From Botryllus schlosseri (lineage: Eukaryota), in the NCBI GenBank assembly GCA_051294905.1, contig CM119372.1:4466001-4530000 (forward strand): a DNA stretch of 64,000 nt, in the 5' to 3' direction. Both the position numbers and the translations under genes were made by a program. Shown piece by piece: positions 49,301 through 62,388 of the stretch (position 1 is the stretch's first letter; each line of letters opens with the position of its first letter). A model generated the notes under the pieces. It did no database searches and was not told the origin of the DNA. It was given only the letters and a program-made list of their open reading frames with translations.

Positions 49301-52300
49301 TGTCATCAACGAAATGGGGCTTTTGAGTGGAATCAAAACTTGGGGACTTGTGGAGGTGATGGTTGAACTTGAACATGAATTCGGTTTAGGGTGCTGTTAA
49401 TTATGCATCAAAGTATGATGGTCGTAGTTTTCAAGATCTCAAATCTGGTGACATTTTGTTAAAGCCTAATGCACAGGCGAAATTATGCATCAAAGTATGA
49501 TGGTCGTAGTTTTCAAGATCTCAAATCTGGTGACACTTTGTTAAAGCCTAATGCACAGGCGAAATTATGCATATGTAATAATCCAAATTTCAACCACATT
49601 AGTTGGTATAGTAACAATTTCTAATATAGTAAACAGAGTTGTAATGACTCGAGTCACAGTTTTTCGTTGACTCGAATCACATTTTAAATGACTCGACTTG
49701 ACTTGAGTCAATTTGTGTATTGACCGGACTTGTACCCGAGTCGACCAAGTCATATGACTCAAGACATTCTATATAACTTGATACAAGACCCGTGTATCAA
49801 GATCGATACTTGAAAGACAGGCCCAGAAACTGTCTTCTATCTGATTGAGTAAACGTGTCAAAAGTGAGAAACATGAGTATATTATGAAGGCGAGACCTTA
49901 TTAACACCCAAGAGTTTTAAAACAATGTCTTGAACCTGACTTTGAACTCGACCATGAAGAGTGAATACCATAATTTGGACCCTTTGCTGCCTGACTTGGA
50001 CTCGAAATTGATTTGGTGGTGAGTTAAAAATGACTCGACTTGACTCCAGTCCAAACTATAAAAGTAATATTGACTTTTGACTCAAAACTTTGTGACTTGG
50101 TTACAACCAATGTTCCCTCTAAGCTGCGCACGTGCGCAAATGCGCAGTGCTGAGACGGTCTCCGCGCACAGAAAATCTAAGTTGCGCACAAAAAATCCGA
50201 AATGATGACCTATTTTTAGTCGCTACGCACTGTTGTCCACGGGTCTGCGCAGTGAGTTGGTGAGTGTGCGCAGACTGGTCAAAAATTAGAGGGAACATTG
50301 GTTACAACCCTGGTAAGCCATTACCATTTATGCTTGAAAGCGAGTAAAGACCCTATTATTTATGTGATAGTCTGAGTGATGTCAATTCGGAAGATATTAT
50401 TGAAAGATATCTGTCTGTAACCAAATGAAGGCTCAGACAATGTTCCAACTTTTCTCTTTGCAGTGTGCCAGGACAAATTTGACTTGCTGATCATTCTTGA
50501 CTCTTCATCCAGTGTAAAATGTCGAGGTTTCTTCACTGTCAAAAAATTTCTAGCTGCACTAATAGATGCAATGCATGTTGGAAATGATTTCGCAATGGTA
50601 AACGCAATAAAGTGACAGTTTGAGAAGTGCATTATATATGTTCTTACTTTGTGTTATTTGCAGGTTGCACTGATGAGATACTATACTTTCGTTCATGATG
50701 AATTCAATTACAATTCACATCAAACTGAAGCGTCTCTTTTGCAAGTAAAACTTGCAATACCTGTTATTGCATACTCTTTTAAAAATGGCAAGACACTGTA
50801 TCGATGTGTTAAGCCATTGTTTACTAATATTTAATTCTGAACACATTTTATCAAATCCCACATTTAATATCAACATTGTGGTAATTATTCCCGCAATATA
50901 ATAATATTGCAATTGCATGCAGGCGATAACAACAATGAGGTATTGTGGAAAAGGCACTCGAACTGGTAATGCTCTGCGTTATGCAGTGAAGAATCAGTTT
51001 TCCGCGCGTAGAGGTCGCAGAAGAAAATATCCACATATCACATTGCTTATAACTGATGGAAAATCTCAAGATGATACCACAGGTGACACAAGATTATCTT
51101 CAACATTGTTTCGAATGTAGAACTATATGTCACTTGTTTTTCAGGTCCTTCTAGGGAATTGAGAATGATTTCCCATGTCTACAGCATTGGTGTGAGGCGT
51201 GCGAATATTAGTGATATGGAAACTATATCTTCGCAACCTATTTTGCCTGGCTTGAGTACCATTTTTTCGGACTATGAGAGCCTTCTCAATGTATCGTTGG
51301 TCAGGTAATAACTCACTGATAAAACATGAGATGAATCTAATGAATCCAGTGCGAGATAGTGTAATGGTTATGCGTCCAGCTTCTCGATCGGTAGGTCGTG
51401 GGTTCAATCCCCGGACGGGTCAGACCAAAGACTATAAAACTGGTATCCGCGGCTATCCAGCTAGGCGCTCAGCATCCATCGATAGCGCGGAGGAGAAAAA
51501 TACGGTGGTGCAGAGTGCAGACTAGATGACCTTACTTAAAGGTCGTATCGGATCTCCATCGTCAAAGCATCTCGATGGTGCCGGCGAAAATAAATCTGAT
51601 CTCTCTCTCTCTCTCTCCAAAAATATGTCTTCAGTTTTGAATCATACAACTTTTAGAGCTCATATCTTCTTGTAGTCTTGAAATGTCAGGTCACGGAATT
51701 GACCCAAAATTAGATAATTAGGGATTACTTGACTTGACTCGAGTCACTTTGAAAATTTGTATGACTTGACAAATTTTGAAAAGACTTGTCTTGGCTGGAG
51801 TCAAAATTTGCAAGCAACTTGCGACTCGAAGGTAGTGAATTGTGATCCCAAAACTGCACAAGGCTACCCGTTCACAGTAAAGGGGGTAATGCGGTTTATA
51901 ACCCTAGCTATGTGAGTGATCCTATAAGTCTGCCCTTAAAATCAGATTCTATGGTTGCGAAATCTATAGATATATGAATATGAATGATAATATGAATTTT
52001 TCAATAATATAATGTGTATTTCCTTTCAGAACATTGGTAGAAAGCTTTTGTAATGTTGCAAAACGGATGTCTACAGTCTCATGCGATGTCCAAAAGCTTG
52101 AATCTAATATCACTTGCAGCAATGATAATGGAGTGAATGAAAGGTATAAATCGCCAGGTACGGTTTGCCAGATGCCTTGTCCTGCTGGGTATCAGAATCC
52201 TGGCAAGTCCAGCGCTCTTTGTACCTATGGTGGAGTATGGTATCGAAAAAATTGGAAATGTGTTGGTAAGAATTTCATTTGTCCCATTCCCTCCGATAAT

Positions 52301-55300
52301 AATTTATTCTCACAATCTTTCACCAGAGAAGGACTGCGATCCATTGAAACTCACTGAAGGAGTGGTTCTAACTTGTAACAAGCCGGACATCAATCGAATT
52401 TGTCTCCTTCGTTGTAAACCTGGATATGAAATAGCCACTCCTGAAGACGACTCACATTGTGAGGTATCGTATGACGTGATTGACCTCTTCTGAGATATTG
52501 CATTTTGAAAAGGACTGTCCATCTTACCTTATTACATTTTGTTATGATAGAACTGTATGTCATATGTGAGGAAAACTTCCAGTTCGGATAACAGGAATTT
52601 TTCGAGCTGTGATCTGATATTGCGGTAAACTATTGCTCTGTACCTCCAAGAAGCTGTTCAAATATTCAATGTTGAAAATAAGCGTCACAGTTCGACGTTA
52701 GCATATTGATTTTACTTTTTTCTGAATAGACCTACTGAATAGGTATTCTGCTATTTCCTAGAGCGCTTCAATTTTTGAAATGCCTCCTGCTTCCGCAATT
52801 ACTCATATTTGAATTAGGTACAAACAGGGTTGTAACTAAGTCATAAGATTCTGAGTCACAAGTCTTACTAATCATTTTCAATTTACCACCGAGTCAAGTC
52901 CGAGTCCAAGTCTAAGAACAGAGGGTCGAGTTCAGGTCATTGTGTTCAGTTTCGAGTTCAACTCACTTTTTCAACTCTGCTCGGGTGATATCAAATGCCC
53001 CATATTCTATACATTATATAGTAAATTTCCTCTCTCTTAACAGTTTCTGGCCATATTTTTCAAATACCAGCACGGATAGACCAAATATTGAAAATGTGGT
53101 AACTTAACTATTCTTCGAAATTACAATGAAATGCCAGTCTTGTCTGTATGAGTCTTGAGTCATACGACTTGGTTGAATCATGCGCAATGACTCGAGTAGG
53201 CCTACGAGTCGACTCTATACATAAAGTTGAGTCAAGTCATTATGCGTTAATAATAAAATGACTGGAGTCATTACAACACTGTGGCCAGTAGAATTTTAGA
53301 ATTGGATTGCATTATTTTTATCTGTGCAATTGTGATCACCTAATTTTGTATTCAAGAGAACGGCAGGCACTATAATATCTTGCTCGAGCTCGTGCGAAAG
53401 AGTGAGAAATAGTGACCCGAAATGGAGCTCACCACCGATAACATGCTCAAGTACCTTACATGTAAACATATTGTCATTGTGGGACTCAAGCTATCTTCGT
53501 GATTGCCATCACAGAAACTCTCGGATGTAGAGATTCATCCTGTATCAATGGAAGATGTACGAAGGCTCATGGACGATTCCTTTGTCACTGCAGCCCAGGT
53601 TTTACCGGTGAACTTTGTGAAATAGATATTGATCACTGCCAAGGAGTGGATTGCAATAATGGGTGGTGTAGGGATGGTATTGAAAGTGAGAGATTACCTG
53701 TTACGTTGCTATTACTGTAATAGTTTAAAAATGGCGTTATTTGTTGTGTTGTCCAGCGTTCCAGTGCATCTGTGACAAGGGTTTTAGAGGAAGTCTATGT
53801 GAAGAAAATATCAACGAGTGTTTTTCTAATCCATGTAAAAATAAAGCTGTATGTTCAGATGAGGTAAACCGATGCTAACAGCTTGAAATTTTGGATTGAG
53901 ATGGATTTACGTTTTCCAATTTGCTACAGATCGATGGATACCAATGCAGGTGTCTACCAGGATACAGTGGGACTAATTGCGAACGGCAGATTAACGAATG
54001 TGAATCAAATCCATGTCAGAATGGTGCGAGATGTCGGTGAGGTTATATTATTGACCACGCTTCTAATGTTTTGTATCTCCAGCGAGTTACAATTGCCTTG
54101 GGTGACACATTCAAAAGTGGAGCTCTCCATTTAAGTAGGGATACGTAGGTTGGCAACTGCAACGGGTATTCCGGAAGTTGAGTCGGGAAAATGACATTTT
54201 TTCGCCTGTTTTTATAACTTGTAAAAAGTGTCCTCTTGTTAGGCTCTCAAAATATGGTAACCCTAATTTAGGTGACAAAAATAAACTACTTCCTTTCCTT
54301 TCACACGTGTTTATTCGAAATCATTTTAGTGACAAACAAATAAGTGTTGTGCTGTACGGTTTGTTGCAGTTCGTTTATCTTGACTTGTCACTCCAATTGT
54401 AGTCATGGCGATTATGACTCCAACAATCTTTTACTTGATAGTACATAGCAAATCACATAGTGGCTACAGCGCTTGCTACTTTTTTTAGAGACGGCTTGGC
54501 ATCCTACAAATGTGATTGTCAGTCTGGATACACAGGAAGAAATTGTCAGACTGACGTCGATGATTGCAAAGGAATCATCAGGTGCAACCGTGCGAACACC
54601 CAGAAATGCGTCGATAAACTGAATGGGTAAGTTATTCCTAATTTGGAACAAAATGTTACTAAGATAGTGGAATGTTACATCTCAATTCAATCCTGAAAAT
54701 ACCATAAATAAATTTTCAAATATACTGGTTCTAATTGCACCATTGTGTATATTTCCTTACTTTACACTCAATCGGTCAGTCACATGAGTAATCAGTAGGG
54801 TTCGCAAGACCATGCTACATAATGCTAGTACACAATGATATAAATTGACAGATTTTCAGCTATGAGATGTCATTACCGGCGCTGTCATTGTCTATTTCAG
54901 TTACGATTGCGTTTGCAAAAATGGTTGGATTGGTTCTGAATGTCATCAGGATGTTAATGAATGCATTGAAAATCCATGTGCACAAGGAAGGTGTATCAAT
55001 TTTAGAGGATCTTTCAGCTGCAAGTGCGAGAAGGGATACAGGTTTTAAAAAATTTGTTTGAACTACTTCATGTGTAAAATGTAGCAAGTGACATCACTGT
55101 GACACTACAGTACATTAAAATGAGAATTGTATTCCATGCTGAAATATTTTGTGCGTGGAATGATGTTTTTCTGATACCGTTTAGAGATCATACTGGGCGG
55201 CAGTATTGGGATCAAGTCACTATCTTTGAGTGACAAGTCAATTCGAGTCATTGCACATTTTGAGTTAAGTCAAGTCGCTCGATGTACGGAGTTGACTCGA

Positions 55301-58300
55301 GTCAAGTCACATGTCAAGTGGAGTGAAGTTGATTGAAGTGCAGATGGATTTACTATTATTGGTGAATCGAGTAACGAATATCGAGTTAATTACAGTGTAC
55401 AACGGGGCGTTGTATGACTATCATATACTAGGCCCCGTCGGTAACGCCAAACAGATGAAAAAATAGGAAACTTAAGAAAGTTGAAACAAATTGATATGAT
55501 GCAATACACATTACACAATCCACCTACACTTTCATACAATACATTTTAAACCTTCAACAATACCAATTGTTGATGATTAAAATAAGTTGTATAAACTAAT
55601 ATATCAATCCGATTTAAATTATACAGGAAGTACGTTATGACTAGCACTGAGCAAGAAGACACTTCTAGTATATGACAAAGTAAGCTCTAATCACTGTGTT
55701 GGCAGTCAATATATTTGCGACTCAGCGATGGAGTCTGAGTAAAATGAGTCCACGCTATTGATGAATGACTGGTCGCTCACCAAGATCATATCATCGTGTC
55801 GAGATCATGTACGTACAGATACAGCAACTTAGTTGACAGCTTTTACTTAATGACTTGAAATTGACTCGTAAGATTTTGCTGCGAGTCATGAGTCAATCCA
55901 CATTTTTGAGAAGCTGAGTCGAGACGAATAATTTTTGCAAAGTGACTCGAGTCAAGTCAAGTCATTTGAAAAAGTTGACTCCGACTCGAGCCTCCCGAAC
56001 ACTGCTGGGAGGCGCTGACCCCAACAATGATAGTATAAATGTATTTAGAGGCAATTTATGTCAGCACTTGATTGACTACTGTGAGAATCCCAAGTCTTGT
56101 CAAAATGGAGGACAATGCAAAAATGGTATTGGATCATACTCATGCATGTGCCAGGAAGGTTTTACCGGAAGTGACTGTTCCATTAATATTGATGAATGCG
56201 AATTTTCTAAGTGCAATGCTGGTCGTAAGTAAACTTATTGTGATATTTTGATATTGCTGGTCAGTATGAAGTCATGGTTGTCACCAGATCCATAAATTGG
56301 AGAGACAGTATTCAAATGTGTAATAAGACATTGAAAATTTGTAAGCTGAGCCTGTAAGCTTTCATATTCCGAACCTGTGTGGATATACAAATCGTGACAG
56401 TATGCTTATCACTTTGTTTTTGAAATAACAAAGATAAGGTTCGGTTAGCATCTTGAGATTTATATCAATTGTGGTGATGACAAGGTAAGCCAGTTTGGCT
56501 TAGTTATAGATCTGTTTGTTTTTCCCGCAGGATGTGTGGATGGTAACGGAACTTATGAATGCATCTGCCATCCAGGTTTTACCGGCAAATTTTGCAATAT
56601 CAAAATCAATGTGTGTGCTTCAAATCCTTGTGTTCATGGGATTTGCAGAGAGAACCAACTCAATGGTTACAGGTGAAAGGATATTGATTTGGGATGTACT
56701 CTCGATTTTGTTGTATGAGGGGGCTTCAAGAGGCGTAGGCCTGTACATATGTTGGAGATCTATTCAGGATAATACCGGTAATACTTAAATTGCCATGGGT
56801 AAAGAGATTTGTAAATTTGCATATCTGAATTTTGTATAGGCGAATTTCCACCATCTCCTAATTAATCAATCACCTGTTTGTTTGTGTAATATTGCAGCCT
56901 TGATTGTATTACTGTCTGTCAGTTTATTGCCACCTGTTCATCAGATTATTTGACAAATTTATGCTTTAGTATTTTCGACCCTATAGTACAGGGGTTCCCA
57001 AACTAGGGGTTGTTTGCCTATTCTCTGGGGTCGCGGAGACAAAAATTAAATACCAATGACCATTACGAGAATGTCAATTACGCAGATGCTATCAGCGGTT
57101 CATTTCTCAATATTTTAGTTCATTTTTCTAAATAGAAGTAAAAACGACCGCTATGTGAACCCGGCAAACAAGGTATCAGATCAGTTGAAGCGTCATTTTA
57201 AAGCGCTCCCCGGGGCCTACGATAAGCCTGTCTGGCTGTCTCATAAGTATGAATATCAAAGTGTTGAGAGCATAGAAACCAATAGGACGGGAACAGTATA
57301 ATGGATACACAGGACAGGGCACACACACCGAATTAAGTTATAGTTTGTTATCTGTATTTTGTGTGATGCAGAATTTCACGGTAGCACTTCTTGACTACTC
57401 TAATTGGATATAGATAAAAATCGTTCTAAATGAACTAAATACGTTGCTATAGTATTGATTGAGTTTCTCAATCCAAAGACGGAGGTGGACGAGTTGATAA
57501 TTTCATAACTGCCTTCCCACATAGACTGTGAGTAGGATTGAGTGAAGGTACTGACCAGTTTTTAGTAATCAGCACACCAGAGGTGGGGTTGCGAAACATT
57601 TTCAAATAAAATTTGGGGTTGCGACCATAAAAAGTTTTGGTAACCCCTGCTATAGTAGTATTTGATGTATTAATGCAAATAGTTGGTGTACTTATATTTT
57701 ATAGATGCAGCTGCCAGCCTGATTACATGGGTTTAAACTGTGGCATCAAAAAAAGTAAGCACCGCACTGTGTGAAATGGGTAATAAATGAAACCACACAA
57801 AATTACTATTGTGATACAGGGAGATGTCGCAAGATGAGCAATTCATGGCAGTGTGACGCAAGAAGCTGTGCTACCCTACAAAGGCTCAGGTCTTCCTCAG
57901 ACTTACCATATGTACTGGTACGGTGTAGAGTTGAATATAGTAACTAAAATATCTGTAAACTGTGTTTTCTAAGATATACCAATCTAATGTCAGAACTAAT
58001 GTCATGAACTAGGTACTAGGTATTTCTTTTTCCAATTTTAGGTCTTGGTTGATCACTAGAATAAAGTGATATCTTGCTATCAATTCATTTAGTTATTATA
58101 ATTTGTATTATAGTTGTGACTCGAGTCAAATCGAGTAATTTCCAATTCACCACCGAGTCCAAGTTGGGGTACACAGGGTCAAGGCCTGAGTCATAGTGTT
58201 GAGATTCGAGTCGGAGTTCGAGTCATTATGCTCAGTTTCGGGTTCAAGTCATGTTCGACCCATTTTTTACAGATCTGCTTGGGTGGTATCGAATGCCTCA

Positions 58301-61300
58301 CATTCTTAATATAGTAATTTTGCTTTCTCTTAACAGTTTTTGGATCTGTACCAGTACTGATAGACGAAATACTAATATAGTATTAACTTTACTATTCTTC
58401 GAAGTTGGAATGAAATGGCCATCCGAGTCTCGAGTCATATGACTTGATTGTGTAATGCTCGATGACTCGAGTAGAAGTCTAGTCGATGCATAAATTGCCT
58501 GAAGTCTAATCAAGTCATATTCCGTATTCAAGAAAATGACTCGAGTCAAGTCGAGTCATTACAACCCTGCATTGAACCACAAAATTCATTATTCATGTCA
58601 TAACCATTGAGAATAAACAGTGGATTATATTTAATCCATATGTGACTTGAACACTGGAACAGTCTTTCGCTAAAATTCAGTTCCTTTCAATGCAGGACTC
58701 TGCGAAAAACCTTCAAAGCGCAGCTCACGTAATCAAATGTTCCGATGGTTATCATGTAGGATCCATATGCACGCTGCTATGTCATGAGAGTTACTCATCC
58801 CAACGCAAATCCACAAGGTTTGAACTGTACTGATCGTTGATTTGCACCATATTGTTTAATTATTGAATGATTTTAAGGAAATGTCTGCCTGATGGATCGT
58901 GGTCAAGTGGACCGACACAGTGCTTGAAAAAGGGGAATGTCACCAATTCCATGCATTGCCGACACGAAGATATTCCGGCGATTCAAAACGGAGAATATAC
59001 CTGCACCGGTGGGCATGAAGCCGGAACGGAATGCGGGCTTTTGTGCAAGAGCGGATACATTCCAGAAAAACGATCTCCAGGAAAAATAACATGCGAGAAG
59101 CGCAATGGCTCTTTGTCGTGGCATAAGTCGGGAGGTAAGCATTTGATTTCATGTGATTTATTTCTCAGAAAATGTAACAGCAAGTTTTTTTCTGATTGTG
59201 TTCATTGTACACCAGGGGTGGCCAACCTTTTCGGCCAAAGGGCCGCATGGAATTTTCGAACCAGTGGACGGGCCACTTGAATGTTGATGACCATTTTTAG
59301 TAGTCCAATAGTAGCAAGCCGGATTAGGCAACAGTGAAAATGAGACTGATCTTTCTACGCATCAATGTTGATAACATTTATTTCATGAAAACTTTTTATG
59401 TCCTAGCAGGGCGAAGCGCGAATATTTTTCAAAGTTAATGAATGAATTCGGTCAATAATATTAGTACTTGCATATATTTTTGGGTCGCCTCTGTAAACCA
59501 CTGGGTTCAGTTCGCAAGGACAGGACTATTAGACTACCGGACATGATAACATTTATTTCATGAAAACATTTTATGTCCTAGCAGGGCGAAGCGCGAATAT
59601 TTTTCAAAGTTAATGAATGAATTCGGTCAATAATATTGGTACTTGCATATATTTTTGGGTCGCCTCTGTAAACCACTGGGTTCAGTTCGCAAGGACAGGA
59701 CTATTAGGCTACCGGACATATCAACGTAGAAAGTTTCGGCCAACATGCGTGTATCAGTCAGTGCCACCATTTCATCGCCGATGATCTTTCTGTGAGCGCA
59801 CCAGTGAAGTCGCATGTTAGACGACACGTTCTCTCATAATTGCGAATATAGTTCGCTCAATTTTGTAAATCGGGCGTAATTTTAATTTTCAGAATTTGCT
59901 ACCAATGTTAAAAGCAAGAAATCAAGCGTTATTCAATCGCGCAAGGCGCGAAGAAAAATTTCCCAAGTTAAATAAATCTGTGGCGAAAAATTCGACTTTA
60001 TGGTGTGACGTACAAAGATCCACAAAATTTGTGGTTGACTCTGGCTACGCCAATGCGTCGGGAATTTTATTTTAGTCGTTAACATCCCAAATTTTGCGGT
60101 CAGGCTAATCAACTTTTTGGTTGGCCTTGCAAGTTCAAAATAAATTTATTTTTTATAATATAACAAATTACGAAAATCACCAAATTACAACGAGTTGGCC
60201 ACTCCCACTGTACACTGTACATTAGGGCTGTTCAAAAATGACTTTTTTTCCTTAATCTTGCGGGCTACTTGATTAAATCATTAGGTTGCCTTAAAAAACG
60301 ACGCACACCAAATTTGAATTCATTCCAACCAATATTCGCGGTAAATTTTGAATTTGCCCAGAAACGCAAACAATTTTTTTTTCAAATTTTTCTGCCAACC
60401 CCATGAAATTGTTGGGCTGTCTTCAAAGACTATGCAAAACAAATTTTACTCAATTCCAAGCCGTAGAAGCGGAGTTATTCCAGTTTTTCTTTGATAATTC
60501 TGGGATTATCCTTGATCGGGGGATAATCCAAGAATTTTCATCGAAAAACTGGAATAACTCCGCTTAAGGAAAAAAGGTTATTTTTGAACAGCCCTACTGT
60601 ACATGTACACTCTTCATTCCTCCACTACTTGTTACAAAGTGTATTCATTTATTCAAATATCGTATGGTCTATCGATATATATATTTCTGCTTTAATACCT
60701 ATATTTATCATACACGTTTTTATAACATTGTCATTATTCCATCAGTGATTTGATGCATTATGTGAAACATGATTTCATACAATCTTTTTTATTCCTAGTT
60801 ATCATTATTTACTGTTATATACACACAACCTGCAATTAACTCAATACTTACATCATTTAACTGCAATCTGGTTACATCACTATTTTATCTTCTTCAAGAT
60901 GGAAAATTACTGTCATTGTAAAGCGGAAAAATTAATCTTGTTGCTAACTGTGTGACATGTACATGAATTTCAGACGATAAATGCTATTTGGAAGAATGTG
61001 AAACTGCAATTGACCTCGAGCTGGAACAGATACCGAAAAGATCACGTTTCTTTACTACTGTCAGCACTGATGCAACTGCAGACTCAAAATGGACCGGTAC
61101 ACCCTCCTGCAACGCGGCCGCAGTCATCTCCGTAAATGTAACGGAAAAAAGAAACGTAAGAATCAAACGCTATTTTGTCCAATGATTTCATTAATTTTTG
61201 GCGTGTTAAGATCTCAATGATACTGCGAATCGGTGGGTCTGTGTCTGGTAAATATTTCTCATTGCTCCTGAACAAGCAATTGGACAATTCAGACACCAAA

Positions 61301-62036
61301 GATACTGATGCTTTTTCAATCGAATTTGTTGGATGGAGCGTTATTTTCAAGGGGTAAGTTGATCATAAGTGTTGCAAGTGAAGAGATGTGAACATACCGC
61401 ACTGAACATATTTTCCAATCACCACGCTATGCTAACATAAATAATTATTTGAAGAGCTTCTTGAATGTACAGAATTTCAACATACAATTGAATAATATAT
61501 TCATATTGCAATAAACCCAAATATTTGATATATGTTCCTTCCAATTCTCTACTAGTTGCTGATCAGTCTCCCTGACCAGCGTCAGCCGCAAATATTCAGA
61601 TTTATTTCAATATGAATATATTATAAAATGAGAAATAATATTGATTTCCCCTTTACTATAGTGATCATGCCACGTAACCACACCAAGTAGGCCTATAGAT
61701 TTTAGCGTTCTGGGAAATAACACACCTTGACCCCGAGATGCTAGAAACATAATGTTTTCTTCATCTTACAGTAATTTTTATTCCATTAGCTTCAATGGGA
61801 CAGCACCAGTTTTGTCTGAAGAGGGAATATCACCAAACTCCACACTAGAAATCTTGCTATCCAACAACTATTGGAAGTTGAAATCGAATTCGAAAGAATT
61901 TGCCCTAGATTTGAAGCGTCAAAATGACGCTGTGACGTCGGATTCCGGTTACACTGTACTTGTGGGCTTGAATCGCGACTCAAAATCAAAACTGAGAGGC
62001 TACGGTCTCTGCAGAGTTTGTTTTGTAAGCTCTTGA
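46360..62036 (+). CDS. Large secreted mosaic protein: signal peptide-VWA-CCP-VWA-CCP-CCP-9x EGF-CCP-CCP-unassigned C-terminal domain
   Basis: Exons (first junction uncertain): 46360-46555, 46713-46834, 46915-47063, 47499-47657, 47730-47907, 49173-49355, 50464-50597, 50664-50744, 50923-51082, 51145-51304, 52030-52265, 52327-52463, 53357-53450, 53515-53685, 53757-53863, 53930-54036, 54489-54626, 54901-55041, 56049-56224, 56531-56672, 57705-57754, 57820-57917, 58696-58817, 58878-59134, 60974-61155, 61211-61353, about 61772/61790-62036. VWA motifs [11 protein letters not shown] and [11 protein letters not shown]...LITDGKSQD. Sushi Cys/Trp patterns. cbEGF starts DIDHC, NINEC, DVDDC, DVNEC, NIDEC. 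Confidence 0.88.
48040..48225 (+). mobile_element. Second tRNA-derived SINE family
   Basis: Degenerate A box and B box GGTTCGAGTC. Body ccagaa...cctaagtgtt.gaag..tatctaggctcctt is shared with about 13170-13330 and 45190-45245. Confidence 0.6.
48777..49025. mobile_element. MITE with AGTAGA/AGTA repeats
   Basis: CAGAGGTGGTCA...TGACCGCCTCTG; similar fragments at about 5930-6070, 13370-13500, 26380-26475 and 40665-40800. Confidence 0.65.
49399..49572. repeat. 82-bp tandem duplication
   Basis: Unit aattatgcatcaaagtatgatgg...gcacaggcga starts at 49399 and 49481, plus a 10-bp third start at 49563; the units differ by one substitution. Confidence 0.95.
50108..50300. mobile_element. 193-bp MITE nested in the TIR of a GACTCGAGTC-family element
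   Basis: TIR CAATGTTCCCTCTAA...TTAGAGGGAACATTG, perfect TSD GTTACAAC, internal TGCGCA palindromes. Confidence 0.92.
51350..51616 (+). mobile_element. tRNA-derived SINE
   Basis: Pol III A box (TAGTGTAATGG) and B box (GGTTCAATCC) in a tRNA-like head, followed by a non-tRNA body and a (CT)n tail. Degenerate head also at about 24085-24150. Confidence 0.7.
55201..56004. mobile_element. hAT-type non-autonomous element with GACTC/GAGTC repeats
   Basis: CAGTATTGGGA...TCCCGAACACTG; TSD ctgggcgg/ctgggagg. Confidence 0.8.
56989..57649. mobile_element. hAT-type non-autonomous element
   Basis: CAGGGGTTCCCAAAC...TTTTGGTAACCCCTG, perfect TSD CTATAGTA. Related diverged copy at about 29275-29791. Confidence 0.88.
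59213..60207. mobile_element. hAT-type non-autonomous element with internal 175-bp tandem duplication
   Basis: CAGGGGTGGCCAACC...GAGTTGGCCACTCCCA; TSD ttgtacac/ctgtacac. Duplication units 59369-59543 and 59544-59718. Confidence 0.78.
60223..60596. mobile_element. Internally deleted copy of the fold-back MITE family
   Basis: TAGGGCTGTTCAAAAATGAC...TTATTTTTGAACAGCCCTA. Perfect TSD CTGTACAT (60215-60222, 60597-60604). Confidence 0.9.
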
Positions 62037-62388
62037 AAGAGATGTATATTGTACATGCATGTTGTAAAATTTATTGTATCAATATAACAAAGTGATTGAA
62101 AATACAATACATTCTGCATAACACCATCACGATGTAACATAGCAGGGGAAGACTTGTTGTTCCAGCAGCCGAATGCTTTTAACACAGCGCGAGTCGCTTA
62201 ACATTAGAAACGACCGTAATTTTGTGATAACCGGAAAGTCCTGATCTCGAGAGCGAGCTTGAACAGCTGTTGAGCGCAAATCCGTCGAAAAATGTCCCAC
62301 GCAAGCTTTGCAAGCTACAATTTGACATAGTGGAGAAAGAGCAGAAATAATTGGCCGGAAAAATAGCAAGAAACGGGCTGCGAGCGAC

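Noticed and set aside
51350..51425. Possible tRNA gene
   Set aside because: A and B boxes are present, but there is no convincing acceptor stem or poly-T terminator, and it continues into a repeat body and (CT)n tail; better explained as a SINE.
54860..54900. Alternative acceptor ttttcag at 54859 for an EGF exon
   Set aside because: Using it adds 41 nt and shifts the frame; the acceptor at 54900 restores the EGF cysteine pattern.
53515..57754. Notch, Delta or Crumbs gene
   Set aside because: The EGF array splices in frame to VWA/CCP exons upstream and CCP exons downstream; no DSL, LNR, laminin-G, TM or ankyrin sequence was seen.
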